A program made the translations under genes and the position numbers. From positions 265,889 to 329,888 of the forward strand of contig JAVHQC010000033.1 in the NCBI GenBank assembly GCA_036170915.1: 64,000 nucleotides of DNA, in the 5' to 3' direction. The notes under the pieces are model-generated. The model saw nothing but the letters and a program-made list of their open reading frames with translations, searched no databases and was not told the origin of the DNA. This DNA is from Cyanobacteria bacterium auto_48_18. Lineage in GTDB: Bacteria; Cyanobacteriota; Vampirovibrionia; Obscuribacterales; Obscuribacteraceae. Numbering within the stretch: position 1 is the first letter of the stretch; each line of letters opens with the position of its first letter. Positions 39,398-48,981 of this stretch are shown piece by piece.

Positions 39398-39685
39398 TTA
39401 TTTCAATTTTTCGTAAAGTGCAACCACTTTAGAGTTGGCGTCGTAGGCTGATTTAACGTGGGCCTCTTGGTTATCAGCAAAATACATAAAAACTACTTTC
39501 AATGTTCGGTTGACATCGGTCGTGGATATAAACCACAGAGTCGGCGGGTCGGTTTTATGTTCCTCCCGGTCGTCGATTAAAAACTTGCCGCTCCTGTTGT
39601 TGAAGCATTGGATTACGTCATCCAGCGTGATGTTACGCTCGGCTAGTTTGTTTTCAATGGCTTCGCTTGCAAATCCAATAATCAA
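39398..39685 (-). CDS. BrnT/DUF4258-like (RelE-fold) toxin
   Basis: 'KLAERNITLDDVIQCF...DDREEHKTDPPTLWFI...RTLKVVF...VKSAY'; toxin-first order; TTG 39685 preferred because a promoter lies at 39721-39750. Confidence 0.75.
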   Translation of the reverse strand: MIIGFASEAIENKLAERNITLDDVIQCFNNRSGKFLIDDREEHKTDPPTLWFISTTDVNRTLKVVFMYFADNQEAHVKSAYDANSKVVALYEKLK

Positions 39686-39720
39686 AACGGCGCCTGTGCT
39701 TGTCGAAGTACCCTCTCGGT

Positions 39721-39750
39721 AATATACACCCATTGTACATACAAAAGCAA
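39721..39750 (-). promoter_or_regulatory. TA operon promoter with an embedded operator
   Basis: Minus strand TTGCTT-N18-TATATT; near-palindrome TGTACATACA (39734-39743) within the spacer. Confidence 0.5.
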
Positions 39751-40184
39751 GCATGGCGTTGCCAGGAGTTTACGAACCGGTAAATAAAACTAGCGATCCG
39801 CCGCCCTGGCCAGCATCACCTGCCACCACTTCCAGTGCCTCATCAACGACCGGCATGCGTAAATTTAAACGGCATCAAGCGCGATACTGTAGAAAGAAAA
39901 CGAAGGTTCGCTCGAAGCCGAGGACAAGCCTGAATCGATTATTCTCAAGAGACAAGATAGCGCGCAGTTTTGGTCTCTATCGCCTTTGTGGTAGGTTCCG
40001 GTTTTCTTTCAATGTATGTCCACCTGGCCTACCCAAATCTGTATTGGTCTGAAACTAGGGTGGGTAAATGGTGTCGCGCCGCATCGCATCAGCCGTATCC
40101 GGCAAACAGAGATCGGTAGGTGTCGCAACCAAGCGCACGGTTTGATTATTTCCAGCGTTGAGTGCCCGCCGATCGCAGAAAAGC

Positions 40185-40217
40185 AAAAGGCCCCAACCAA
40201 TCAGGTTGAAGCCTTTT
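40185..40217 (-). terminator. Intrinsic terminator after tRNA-His
   Basis: AAAAGGCCCCAACC-AATCA-GGTTGAAGCCTTTT imperfect hairpin with T-tracts. Confidence 0.7.
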
Positions 40218-40226
40218 CACAAAATA

Positions 40227-40303
40227 TGGGGCAGATGACGGGATTTGAACCCGCGCGTGCCGATACCACAAACCGGAGCCTTAACCACTTGGCGACACCT
40301 GCC
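40227..40303 (-). tRNA. tRNA-His (GTG)
   Basis: GGCAGGTGTCGCCAAGTGGTTAAGGCTCCGGTTTGTGGTATCGGCACGCGCGGGTTCAAATCCCGTCATCTGCCCCA: cloverleaf, GTG anticodon, G-1:C73 pair, encoded CCA. Confidence 0.97.
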
Positions 40304-40380
40304 ATATCGTGCAAATTTATACTAACATGTCCGCCGCCGTTGGCTCACCGGCAGCCTGGCAGACGAATATTTTGTAACTA

Positions 40381-42462
40381 CTACTTAATGCCCAGCGGGC
40401 TGAAGACAAAAGGCAAAATCCGCGCCAGAACGCCGCCTATGACAAAAGCTGCGGCCCATGAGCCCAACCAGATTGAAACGGCAATGGCCATGCCCCGCTC
40501 TTTGATCATTACCCCCACGGTTGCGATGCAAGGCACAAAGAGCGTAATGACAATCATGGCGGTTACAGCCTGAACCGGCGTTAATGCGACATCGGTCAAG
40601 CCAAAAGCAGCAAAATCGCGCCTGACAATACCTAATATAAATGTAGTAGGAATGCGCGGGTCGTTCGGCAAAAACAGCCATTGAACAACAATGGGCTGTA
40701 AGACTTTGATGATCAGATCGAGTAAACCAATCATTTGAGCCAGTGTGACGACAAAACCGGCAAGAAAGAACATCGGTGTAGCGTCCACCAGAAAATTCCA
40801 AGATTTTTTCCAGGTTTTTCGCAAGACATTGTCGGCTCTAGGCAAACGCATGGGCGGCAGGTCAATCATCAGACCCTGTGATTGCCCGGGCATCACAGCG
40901 TTGAGCAATAGACCGGTGGCCGCTAGAATGCCCACAACAACAACTAGATAGACAGCCCAGGCCGCACCACCACCAGCTCTAGCCAGGGTGCCTGAGACTA
41001 CTCCCAGTTGTGCAGAGCAAGGTATTGCCACTCCCAGTAGTGCCGTGGCAATGATTTTTTCGCGTTTGGTAGTTAAAAGTCGAGTGGTGATTGTTGCCAT
41101 GGTGACGCAGCCCAGGCCAAGTATAAGAGGAATGATGGCACGGCCATTTAGACCCAGTTTATTCATCATGCGGTCAACAAGCACCGCCAACCTTGGCAAA
41201 TAACCAGAGTCTTCAAGTAATGATAAGCCCAGATAAAAGCCGATAACCAGCGGCATCAGTAATCCAAGCAAATAAGTGACGGTCAGTGTTGCCAGCCCGT
41301 ATTCACCAACGATGATGTTACCCAGGGCTGAGAGCCAATTTTTGTAAGACCAGAAATTGAAACCGATCTCGTTCGCTGGAATGGTTTTAATGGCAGCGTC
41401 AAGCGCTTTGCTTTCGGGCTCATTTTTCAGAGTACCTTCTGGAAAATCAAATACGCGCTCGCCTACTGTGATTGTTGATGGAAAGACATTGGCAGCCACT
41501 CTGCGAACCACAGGCTCATAGTAGACTTTCAACGTTTTCTTCTCGGTAAGGTCCACCAGGTTGCCGGCAATCCAAACGCCCAAGACTTGATAGAAAATCA
41601 AATAACAGACTGCAAATGAAATTGCCGAGCCCCAGAGCGGATGCAAAAGTAATTTGCCCAGCTTGTTGGAAAACGACCTGGTAACGCCGCTTTGTGTTAC
41701 TGCATTTTCAGCTAAATCATTAACGAATTTACGGCGCGCACCATAAATGCCTGACCTGTGATTGGCAACGCTCACACCACACATAGTGGCGGTAGGCTCG
41801 TCGCCCTCCGCAATTAACAGTGCCTGAGCTTGATCAATTGGGTTATCCGGCGTTCCTTGGTTGCGAATTTCATTGAGGATCTCGAGCAGTTCTGGTCTGA
41901 TTTTTCCTGGCCTGGCAAGCGGTATGGCATTTTTGATTTCTTCAATGCCTTCTTCTTTAACGGCTACGCAAGTGAGTATTTCGAGGCCAAGCTCATCGCG
42001 TAAAACGGCCAGATCAATTTTGATACCGCGCAGAATTGTTTCATCAAACTGATTGATCACTAAGATCATGGGTTTGCCCATTTCGGCCAGTTGGACAGTA
42101 AGAAAAAGGTCGCGCTCAAGCGTCAGTGCCGACACCACATTGATGACAATGTCAGCGGCAATGATCATCTTTCTCGCTGCCCGTTCTTCGTCGTTAAAGC
42201 TTGATACGCCATAGACTCCAGGCGTATCGGCAAGCTCATCGTCGCCAAGATGACCCCGAGCGATATCAATAGTGGTGCCGGGATAATTAGATACGTCAGC
42301 GTCAGAGCCGGTCAAGGCATTGAAAATAACCGATTTGCCCACGTTAGGATTGCCCACAAGGACAATACTGCGCACTGCGCGATGATCGTCACCAGTTGGG
42401 GCTGCGCCCTTGCGAGCGCCCTTGCGGACGGTGGAACTTGCCAATTTTGAAGTGGAGGCCAT
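40381..42462 (-). CDS. feoB: Ferrous iron transporter B
   Basis: G1 'GNPNVGKS', 'NYPGTT', 'DTPG', 'LEDSGYLPRLA', 'IPCSAQ', 'LFVPCIAT'. Confidence 0.93.
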   Translation of the reverse strand: MASTSKLASSTVRKGARKGAAPTGDDHRAVRSIVLVGNPNVGKSVIFNALTGSDADVSNYPGTTIDIARGHLGDDELADTPGVYGVSSFNDEERAARKMIIAADIVINVVSALTLERDLFLTVQLAEMGKPMILVINQFDETILRGIKIDLAVLRDELGLEILTCVAVKEEGIEEIKNAIPLARPGKIRPELLEILNEIRNQGTPDNPIDQAQALLIAEGDEPTATMCGVSVANHRSGIYGARRKFVNDLAENAVTQSGVTRSFSNKLGKLLLHPLWGSAISFAVCYLIFYQVLGVWIAGNLVDLTEKKTLKVYYEPVVRRVAANVFPSTITVGERVFDFPEGTLKNEPESKALDAAIKTIPANEIGFNFWSYKNWLSALGNIIVGEYGLATLTVTYLLGLLMPLVIGFYLGLSLLEDSGYLPRLAVLVDRMMNKLGLNGRAIIPLILGLGCVTMATITTRLLTTKREKIIATALLGVAIPCSAQLGVVSGTLARAGGGAAWAVYLVVVVGILAATGLLLNAVMPGQSQGLMIDLPPMRLPRADNVLRKTWKKSWNFLVDATPMFFLAGFVVTLAQMIGLLDLIIKVLQPIVVQWLFLPNDPRIPTTFILGIVRRDFAAFGLTDVALTPVQAVTAMIVITLFVPCIATVGVMIKERGMAIAVSIWLGSWAAAFVIGGVLARILPFVFSPLGIK

Positions 42463-42602
42463 GGCTTAATTATCAACAGAATGGGGCTACTTGTATATCC
42501 CTTGAGCAAAGCCTCATGAGACTTAATCACTACTGTGGTAAGTTTTAGCGGCAGCCGCGCCCTTATCATTATTAGAAGCAGTGGCTGGGTCGGCATTCAA
42601 GA

Positions 42603-45600
42603 GTGATGGGAAGGCATTTGAAGAATAAGAGCGCTCGGCAATTTATAACTATAACAACGATCTGCTTGGCAGCCCTTGGCCTGATTCTTTCCTCAAGCTG
42701 CGCTCAAATGTCTGCATTTGCCGCTAATGAGAGCAGTTCTGCGGCAATCAGTGAAAAAGGCGTGCAAGAAACTGTGCTTGCTAATGGTCTTAAGGTGCTC
42801 CTTCTTGAAGAGCATTCGTTTCCGGTGGCCAGCACTATGGTTTTTTATCGCGTCGGTTCGCGCAATGAAAATTTAGGCGAGACTGGTCTGAGCCATCTGG
42901 TTGAACACTTGCTTTTTGAAAAGGTCGGACGTTTTCGCAAAGGCGAAATGGGTGCAACGATCGCGCGCAATGGGGGCATGTTTAACGGCTTTACCAGCGA
43001 TGACTTTACAGTTTTTTTTGAAACTGTCAGCCCCAGTAAGTTGCCTCTGACTTTGCAAATTGAGTCTGAGCGCATGCACGCAGCTACCTTTACAGCTGAA
43101 GATGTGCTGGCTGAAATTAAGCGAGTAGAAAAGGAGTTGGGTCAAGAAGCAAAAGATCCGGTCAATTTACTCAATAAAGAAGTGCGCTCGGCTGCATTTT
43201 TGCAACATCCCTATCGCAATCCAACAATCGGCTGGCCTAACGACGTACACAAATTGACAGTTGACGACGTCAGACGACATTATCGCGAGTATTACCAACC
43301 GGGCAATGCCACGCTGGTGGTGGTAGGCGATTTCAACAGTGCCGCGGTGATGGAGCAGATTAATAAATATTTTGCACCCTTGCCGAAAGCAGAGCCACCA
43401 AAAGCGGTGCGTGTAGTCGAACCACAACAAACCGCTGAGCGACGCGTTTATTTGAAACATGGTGGCAATTCAGATGTGGTGGCGATGGCGTATCACAGCT
43501 GCGACTTTGTCAATGCCGACGCTCCGGCTTTAGCCGTGCTGGAAAAACTGCTGGCTTCTGGCGTCAGCGGGCGGCTTAAAAGCAAAATGGTTGATGCCAA
43601 AGTTTGCAGTAGCGCGAAATGTACATTTGAAGTCAAACGAGATCCAGGATTATTTACTGTCAATCTGGTTTCTACACCAGGCACCACTGCTCACAAGATG
43701 ATTGAATCTTTCGAAGCGGTAATGGAGCAGTTGCGAACTAACCCTGTGCCCGAGGCCGAGCTGCGCCGCGCCCGCAATCATGCAGAATTCTTTTTGTTGT
43801 CTGAACGTGATGGTCCGTATCGCACTGCCTTTCACTTAGGTTATTCAGAATCAATTGATAGTTGGAAGGGCGCTTATACCTGGTTTACAAAGATAAGAGC
43901 GGTATCGCCGGCCGACATTCAACGAGTGGCCAAACGCTATTTTGCTCGTGAAAATAGATACGTAGGTGTGCTCAGCGGTGCTGCCAACAAGCCACTTGTG
44001 CAGAAACCGGCAATCAATAAAGACAAAGATTCTGCCGATGCCAAGGAAAATAGCGCAGACAAGAAAAGCAAAGATAAGAAAGAAGCCGATAAAGACCTGG
44101 ACAAGAAAGACGGCAAAAAGCCGGCAGACAAATTGAAAGATTTGAAAAAGCCTAAGTCGGGAGTTCATCATAAAACAGCCTGCACTAATGCCACAGACAT
44201 TTTCAAAAGGTTTGGCGTTCATGCCTGTGCTTACAAGAGTGATGATGCTCAAACTGTAGGTGGAAGTGCACCGGCTGGAAATATTGAAGCGACAAACAAG
44301 ACATCAGCCACTTCTTCGCTGACTTCTTCGCCAAATTCTTCTTCGACTTCTTCACCGAATCCTCATTTGAAAAAGGCAACTTTAAAAAACGGAATTACCG
44401 TGGCCGTACTTGAAACCAAACTAAGCCCATCGGTGCACATAGTAGGTGCCGTAAAAGCTGGCGAGGCATATGAGCCCACAGGAAAGCGCGGCGCGGCCGC
44501 TGTACTGGCGCAACTGATGATCGATGGTTCACCCAAATATAGCCGTCAATCGGCCGTTAACCTGCAAGACGAATTAGGACTTTTGCCCTCGGCCATGATC
44601 AAATTTGATGCAGGTCCGCAGTGGATTAGCTTCCAAAGTCGGTGTCTGAATCGTGATACGGGAACTATTCTTGGCATTTTGGCGAGTCAGCTGCGAGATC
44701 CACTTTTAAAGGACAGCGATGTGGAGCGCGCTAAGCAACTGGTCATAGACAGGGTAAAGAAAAGCGAAGATACCGTTAGAGCCAGGGTCAAGCGAGCTCT
44801 GATGCAAAGTCTAATTGCGCCAAATACAAGTTTCTATCCGCTTGAACCTATGGACAAGGCTCGATTTGTGGGAAATTTGAAAGACAGCGATTTGCGAGAT
44901 TTTCATTCGCAGGCCGTCAGACCTGATGCCACCACAATAGTTTTTGTGGGCGACATTACCCTTAATCAGGCAGTAGATCTTGCTGAGCGCAGCTTCGAGG
45001 GTTGGACGGGCAAGAGTACCGCTAAGAAAGTGCTGGTGCAGCCCAATGCCAGACGGACGCTCAAATCGTCAATGACTATCGACAAAAAGCAAGACACCAT
45101 GGTGACAATCGGCAGACTGGTAGATAGCGGTTTAGGAAAATCAGACTACCCACTCATGCTGCTAGCCGACTGTGCTCTGACCAGTCACCCCATATTTTCT
45201 CGCTTCGCGCAAAAGATCTCTGGTGAGCAAAGCCTCTCAAGCAGCCTCAGTCTCGAAGATCTTACGTCTGACGTTGAGTCGCTGCCGGGTATGACTGTAT
45301 GGTCACTAGATATACCGTTGGTATCAAATGCGATGCCACAGGCTGTGAAATTCATTCAGACCGAGCTGAAGAAATTTGGTCGCACTGGTTTGACTGCCGA
45401 AGAGTTTGCTGAAGTCAAACTTTATCTGCACGGCGCCTTGCCGGTCAGATGGATGTCTAACAGTCAACTGGCTGCTCGAGCGACTCTTGAGTCGGTGATG
45501 CTAGATGGCTCTTGCGATCCGCTTCCTTCTATACATCAGGGCATCCGAGCGGCGACTCTCGATAAAGCCAACCAATTTGTGCGCACTACTTTTAAACCAG

Positions 45601-45701
45601 ATCGCGCCACTGTGGTCATTGCAGGCACCAAGCAGGCTATTCAGCAAATACATGGTGTGCGAGACGAGAGCGGTATTAATGGCAGTGGCTCGTCACAATA
45701 A
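42603..45701 (+). CDS. M16 (pitrilysin/insulinase) family zinc peptidase, two halves fused, secreted
   Basis: Signal peptide, 'LANGLKVLL', HXXEH 'HLVEH', 'HPYRNPTIGW', second half 'LKNGITV'. Confidence 0.9.
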   Translation: MMGRHLKNKSARQFITITTICLAALGLILSSSCAQMSAFAANESSSAAISEKGVQETVLANGLKVLLLEEHSFPVASTMVFYRVGSRNENLGETGLSHLVEHLLFEKVGRFRKGEMGATIARNGGMFNGFTSDDFTVFFETVSPSKLPLTLQIESERMHAATFTAEDVLAEIKRVEKELGQEAKDPVNLLNKEVRSAAFLQHPYRNPTIGWPNDVHKLTVDDVRRHYREYYQPGNATLVVVGDFNSAAVMEQINKYFAPLPKAEPPKAVRVVEPQQTAERRVYLKHGGNSDVVAMAYHSCDFVNADAPALAVLEKLLASGVSGRLKSKMVDAKVCSSAKCTFEVKRDPGLFTVNLVSTPGTTAHKMIESFEAVMEQLRTNPVPEAELRRARNHAEFFLLSERDGPYRTAFHLGYSESIDSWKGAYTWFTKIRAVSPADIQRVAKRYFARENRYVGVLSGAANKPLVQKPAINKDKDSADAKENSADKKSKDKKEADKDLDKKDGKKPADKLKDLKKPKSGVHHKTACTNATDIFKRFGVHACAYKSDDAQTVGGSAPAGNIEATNKTSATSSLTSSPNSSSTSSPNPHLKKATLKNGITVAVLETKLSPSVHIVGAVKAGEAYEPTGKRGAAAVLAQLMIDGSPKYSRQSAVNLQDELGLLPSAMIKFDAGPQWISFQSRCLNRDTGTILGILASQLRDPLLKDSDVERAKQLVIDRVKKSEDTVRARVKRALMQSLIAPNTSFYPLEPMDKARFVGNLKDSDLRDFHSQAVRPDATTIVFVGDITLNQAVDLAERSFEGWTGKSTAKKVLVQPNARRTLKSSMTIDKKQDTMVTIGRLVDSGLGKSDYPLMLLADCALTSHPIFSRFAQKISGEQSLSSSLSLEDLTSDVESLPGMTVWSLDIPLVSNAMPQAVKFIQTELKKFGRTGLTAEEFAEVKLYLHGALPVRWMSNSQLAARATLESVMLDGSCDPLPSIHQGIRAATLDKANQFVRTTFKPDRATVVIAGTKQAIQQIHGVRDESGINGSGSSQ

Positions 45702-46105
45702 GAGGCTCGCGTTTGATTTTCACTATTACAGTAAAAATAAGCCACTGCTAATCTGAGAAAAAAGAAGTAGTCAAGCGGATTGCGTCGTGATGGGTGAGTG
45801 TTTGCTAATGTCGATCTGATCCTTCCTATATCTGATCCTCCATTCTTGGCCTATCCATGCGGTGGTACCATCTTCGGTTGCCAAGTGGTGGCTCTTTGGG
45901 CAAGTTCAGCCCCAAAGTAAGTGCAATCGCCGTAAAGCCACGGTGTTGGCTGCTTACGGAACTATTGTAAACATGGAGGAGGTTGTCATTTATTTAATGC
46001 ATCTGGCTTAAACGCTGCGTCTTGGCACGATTGCGGCTTTGTGAAGATTTGGCGAAGGTCTGTAAACCCAAGCCTAGCTTAGATTTCAGCTCAACGTTGA
46101 GAAAA

Positions 46106-46135
46106 TTGACTTTCTAGTGACAAGTTGGCTAATAT
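46106..46135 (+). promoter_or_regulatory. Sigma70-type promoter for the LysM gene/dinG
   Basis: TTGACT-N18-TAATAT 34 bp upstream of the ATG. Confidence 0.5.
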
Positions 46136-46169
46136 GCAGCCTTGGTTACCCCCAGTGGCGTTGTAAGAG

Positions 46170-46904
46170 ATGACAATTGTGCTCAACTACGATCAAGAAA
46201 AACTGGAATTAGAAGGCCTTCCCGAATATGTGCGCGACAGTGATGTCTCCACCCGGGATGCGTTTGTATCGATCTCGACTCGCTCATTAGCGGAAAGAGA
46301 AGCGCAGCGCACCGCCTCTACATCAGACTGGCAATCTCAGAGAGATACCGGTTCATTCAATAGAATTACAGCTGAAGTTGCCGCACCTAAAACAGATGAG
46401 CTCGAAGCTCTCTGGCCAGGCGTGCATCAAGACTTCATGCATTCACCTAAGCGCACTCCCAGCTTCTATTTGAGCCTGGGCTTCATGGCCGGCGCTGTGC
46501 TTTCCATGATTGGCATCTGGGGCTATTCTGCAGTGTCAGGGCTTATCGCGAGCAATCCACAACCAGGTAGGGCCACAGTGGCCGTGGCTTCAGCTACACC
46601 AGCTGCCGGTCAGACTACCCAGGCAATAGTCCCTCAGGGCAGCGACCCTAATTCCGTTCTTGTGCCCGCGCATGCGACTGTGACAGTTGCTTCCGGTGAC
46701 ACGATGGCGGCTATTGCTCTGCGTGAATATAAGCGGGCCAGCCCACGACTGCTTGATGCTATTTGCAAAGCCAATAATTTGAAGAACGTGAATTTCTTGA
46801 GCTTGGGCCAAACCATTACTTTGCCTAACTATCAGCCAAGCTCACAGGCTGCTACCCAAGCCAACGCACAAGTTGCTGCTACTGCCGCTTCTCAAGTACA
46901 CTAA
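46170..46904 (+). CDS. Membrane-anchored LysM domain protein
   Basis: Central TM 'FYLSLGFMAGAVLSMIGIWGY'; LysM 'VTVASGDTMAAIALREY...ICKANNLKNVNFLSLGQTITLP'. Confidence 0.85.
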   Translation: MTIVLNYDQEKLELEGLPEYVRDSDVSTRDAFVSISTRSLAEREAQRTASTSDWQSQRDTGSFNRITAEVAAPKTDELEALWPGVHQDFMHSPKRTPSFYLSLGFMAGAVLSMIGIWGYSAVSGLIASNPQPGRATVAVASATPAAGQTTQAIVPQGSDPNSVLVPAHATVTVASGDTMAAIALREYKRASPRLLDAICKANNLKNVNFLSLGQTITLPNYQPSSQAATQANAQVAATAASQVH

Positions 46905-46916
46905 GCGAATTCCCTT

Positions 46917-48953
46917 TTGAATTTGCCCGTGTCTGCCGAAGCATCAAATAGCTCGTCTTCAGCTACGTCACTTTCTGGTAAGTCTTCGCCGACCAAACCA
47001 GAGAAGAAGCCGTTGTGCCCCGAAAATCGCGGTGATTTTACGGTGGAGCGCGTCTTTGAGCTTTTGGCTGCCAGTCTCGATAATTACGAGATTCGCGATC
47101 CGCAGCTTGATTTAGCTCACCAGATTGAGCGCGCTTTTACTCAGAAAAAAACAGGCATTTTCGAAGCTGGTACAGGTGTTGGTAAGAGTTTTGCCGCTCT
47201 GGTGCCGGCTTTTCTAGCTGGTAAAAAAGTGGTTGTCTCTACTGCCACCATTGCTTTGCAAGAGCAGTACATGAATAAAGATATCCCCATTCTCAAGGAG
47301 ATCTTTCCGTTCGAGATTAACGCCGCTTTGCTTAAGGGGCGCGGCAATTATCTTGGCATTCGGCGCTTTCGCGATCATATTCTCGAGCAGCATATTGATG
47401 ATGACTTTGTCGATTGGGTCAATACGACACCGTACGGCGATGTTTCTGAATTAGACTTCGTGCCGCCCTACGACATATGGGGCGAAATCAATTCTGACTC
47501 TGATGATTGTTTGCGAAATAAATGCCCTAGTTTTGGCAGCTGCTTTTATTTTGAGGCGAGAAAACGGGCTGAGAGAGCCGACATTCTTGTGGTCAATCAT
47601 GCCCTGCTTCTGGCTGATGCCGCATCTGGTGGAAGCATATTGCCGCCCTACCAACTGCTGATTGTTGACGAAGCGCATCATCTGCCAAATATTGCCACTG
47701 ACGCTTTCAGCCGCTCGATAAGCAATCGCGGCATCAGAATTTTATTGGGAAAAGCGATCAAAAGAGTCAACCCACCCAATAATTTGATTAACGATATTGA
47801 GCACCGCTCAGGCCAGTTATTCATGCGCCTCAACCTCATGGCTCGCTCAGCTAAAATGAGACTGCGTGAGCCTGTTGAAGGTGCCATCGAACTAATAATA
47901 GCTTTGAAAATTTTGCGCGACTGGTTAGAAAATCAATCCTTCGAACATATTTTAGATGTGGATCTAATGCGCGAAAAAGCACAGCTCAAAGCGAAGAGTT
48001 TAATTAGCACCATATCTGGTTACTGCACCTGTCTGGAATTAATTGCGGCGCCAAGCCAGGAATGGGTGATGTGGCTTGAGCGCACTGAGCGTCAGGAAGT
48101 AAAAATCGAAGTGACGGCAGCCCCGCTTGATCCGTCTCACTTTATTGCCGACCTGCTGTTAAATAAGGCTGGTTTAGAAAATTCTGTCTGGATGTCAGCC
48201 ACCCTGGCCACCGCTGGTGATGACCCGTTTGACTTTTTCAAACGCTCTATTGGCACCGATCGGTATGTCATTCAAGACCAAGTGCCGAGCCCCTTTGATT
48301 TTAAAAATCAAGCTCTTTTATACTTGCCCCCAAATTTGCCAGAGCCCAACCATCCCGATTTTCTGTATGCCGCTTTTGAAGAAATCGAGCGCATCATCGA
48401 ACTGACTGAAGGGCGCGCTTTTGTTTTGTTCACCAGTCGCTCGGCTCTTAATGCCGCTTTTCAGGCTCTTTCTCCGCGTCTTCCCTATGAGTGCCGCAAA
48501 CAAGGCGACATGCCCAGACAAAAATTGGTGGAATGGTTCAAGGCCACGCCTCATTCGGTTTTATTCGGCACATCAAGTTTTTGGGAAGGCGTCAGTATTG
48601 ATGGCGAACAACTAAGTTGTGTGATTATTGATCGCATTCCTTTTCAGGTACCGGACGATCCTGTTTACGAAGCTCGTTGTGAGCAAATGAAAGAAGATAC
48701 CAGTCGCAGCTGGTTCAACGATTTGGCCCTACCTCATGCCACCATGCGACTGAAGCAGGGTGTGGGCCGGTTGATTCGCACTAGAAAAGATCGCGGTCTT
48801 GTGGCAATTTTAGATTCAAGATTGACCAAAAAATATTATGGCCGCAAGATTATTGATTGTTTGCCGCCTATGAAAATTATTCGCGAATTGCCCACCGTGG
48901 CTTCGCATGTGATGGAAGATTTTTTGGATCTTGGCCGGGATTATGCGGGCTGA
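46917..48953 (+). CDS. dinG: DinG/YoaA family ATP-dependent DNA helicase
   Basis: 'EAGTGVGKS', 'STATIALQEQ', 'VDEAHH', 'MSATL', 'SFWEGV', 'KQGVGRLIR'. Confidence 0.92.
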   Translation: MNLPVSAEASNSSSSATSLSGKSSPTKPEKKPLCPENRGDFTVERVFELLAASLDNYEIRDPQLDLAHQIERAFTQKKTGIFEAGTGVGKSFAALVPAFLAGKKVVVSTATIALQEQYMNKDIPILKEIFPFEINAALLKGRGNYLGIRRFRDHILEQHIDDDFVDWVNTTPYGDVSELDFVPPYDIWGEINSDSDDCLRNKCPSFGSCFYFEARKRAERADILVVNHALLLADAASGGSILPPYQLLIVDEAHHLPNIATDAFSRSISNRGIRILLGKAIKRVNPPNNLINDIEHRSGQLFMRLNLMARSAKMRLREPVEGAIELIIALKILRDWLENQSFEHILDVDLMREKAQLKAKSLISTISGYCTCLELIAAPSQEWVMWLERTERQEVKIEVTAAPLDPSHFIADLLLNKAGLENSVWMSATLATAGDDPFDFFKRSIGTDRYVIQDQVPSPFDFKNQALLYLPPNLPEPNHPDFLYAAFEEIERIIELTEGRAFVLFTSRSALNAAFQALSPRLPYECRKQGDMPRQKLVEWFKATPHSVLFGTSSFWEGVSIDGEQLSCVIIDRIPFQVPDDPVYEARCEQMKEDTSRSWFNDLALPHATMRLKQGVGRLIRTRKDRGLVAILDSRLTKKYYGRKIIDCLPPMKIIRELPTVASHVMEDFLDLGRDYAG

Positions 48954-48981
48954 CCAGGCTTAGTTGCTGGCATCGAATTTC

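Noticed and set aside
38044..40226. attL/attR duplication of the tRNA-His 3' end, or an integrase gene
   Set aside because: No second copy of the tRNA 3' sequence and no integrase-like ORF found by eye, so no intact mobile element is called.
39753..40573. Plus-strand ORFs 39753-40052 and 40016-40573
   Set aside because: No recognisable motifs, and the second runs antisense across tRNA-His and feoB; likely spurious.
42312..42596. 94-aa minus-strand ORF as feoA
   Set aside because: No FeoA/SH3-like motif, and it overlaps feoB out of frame.
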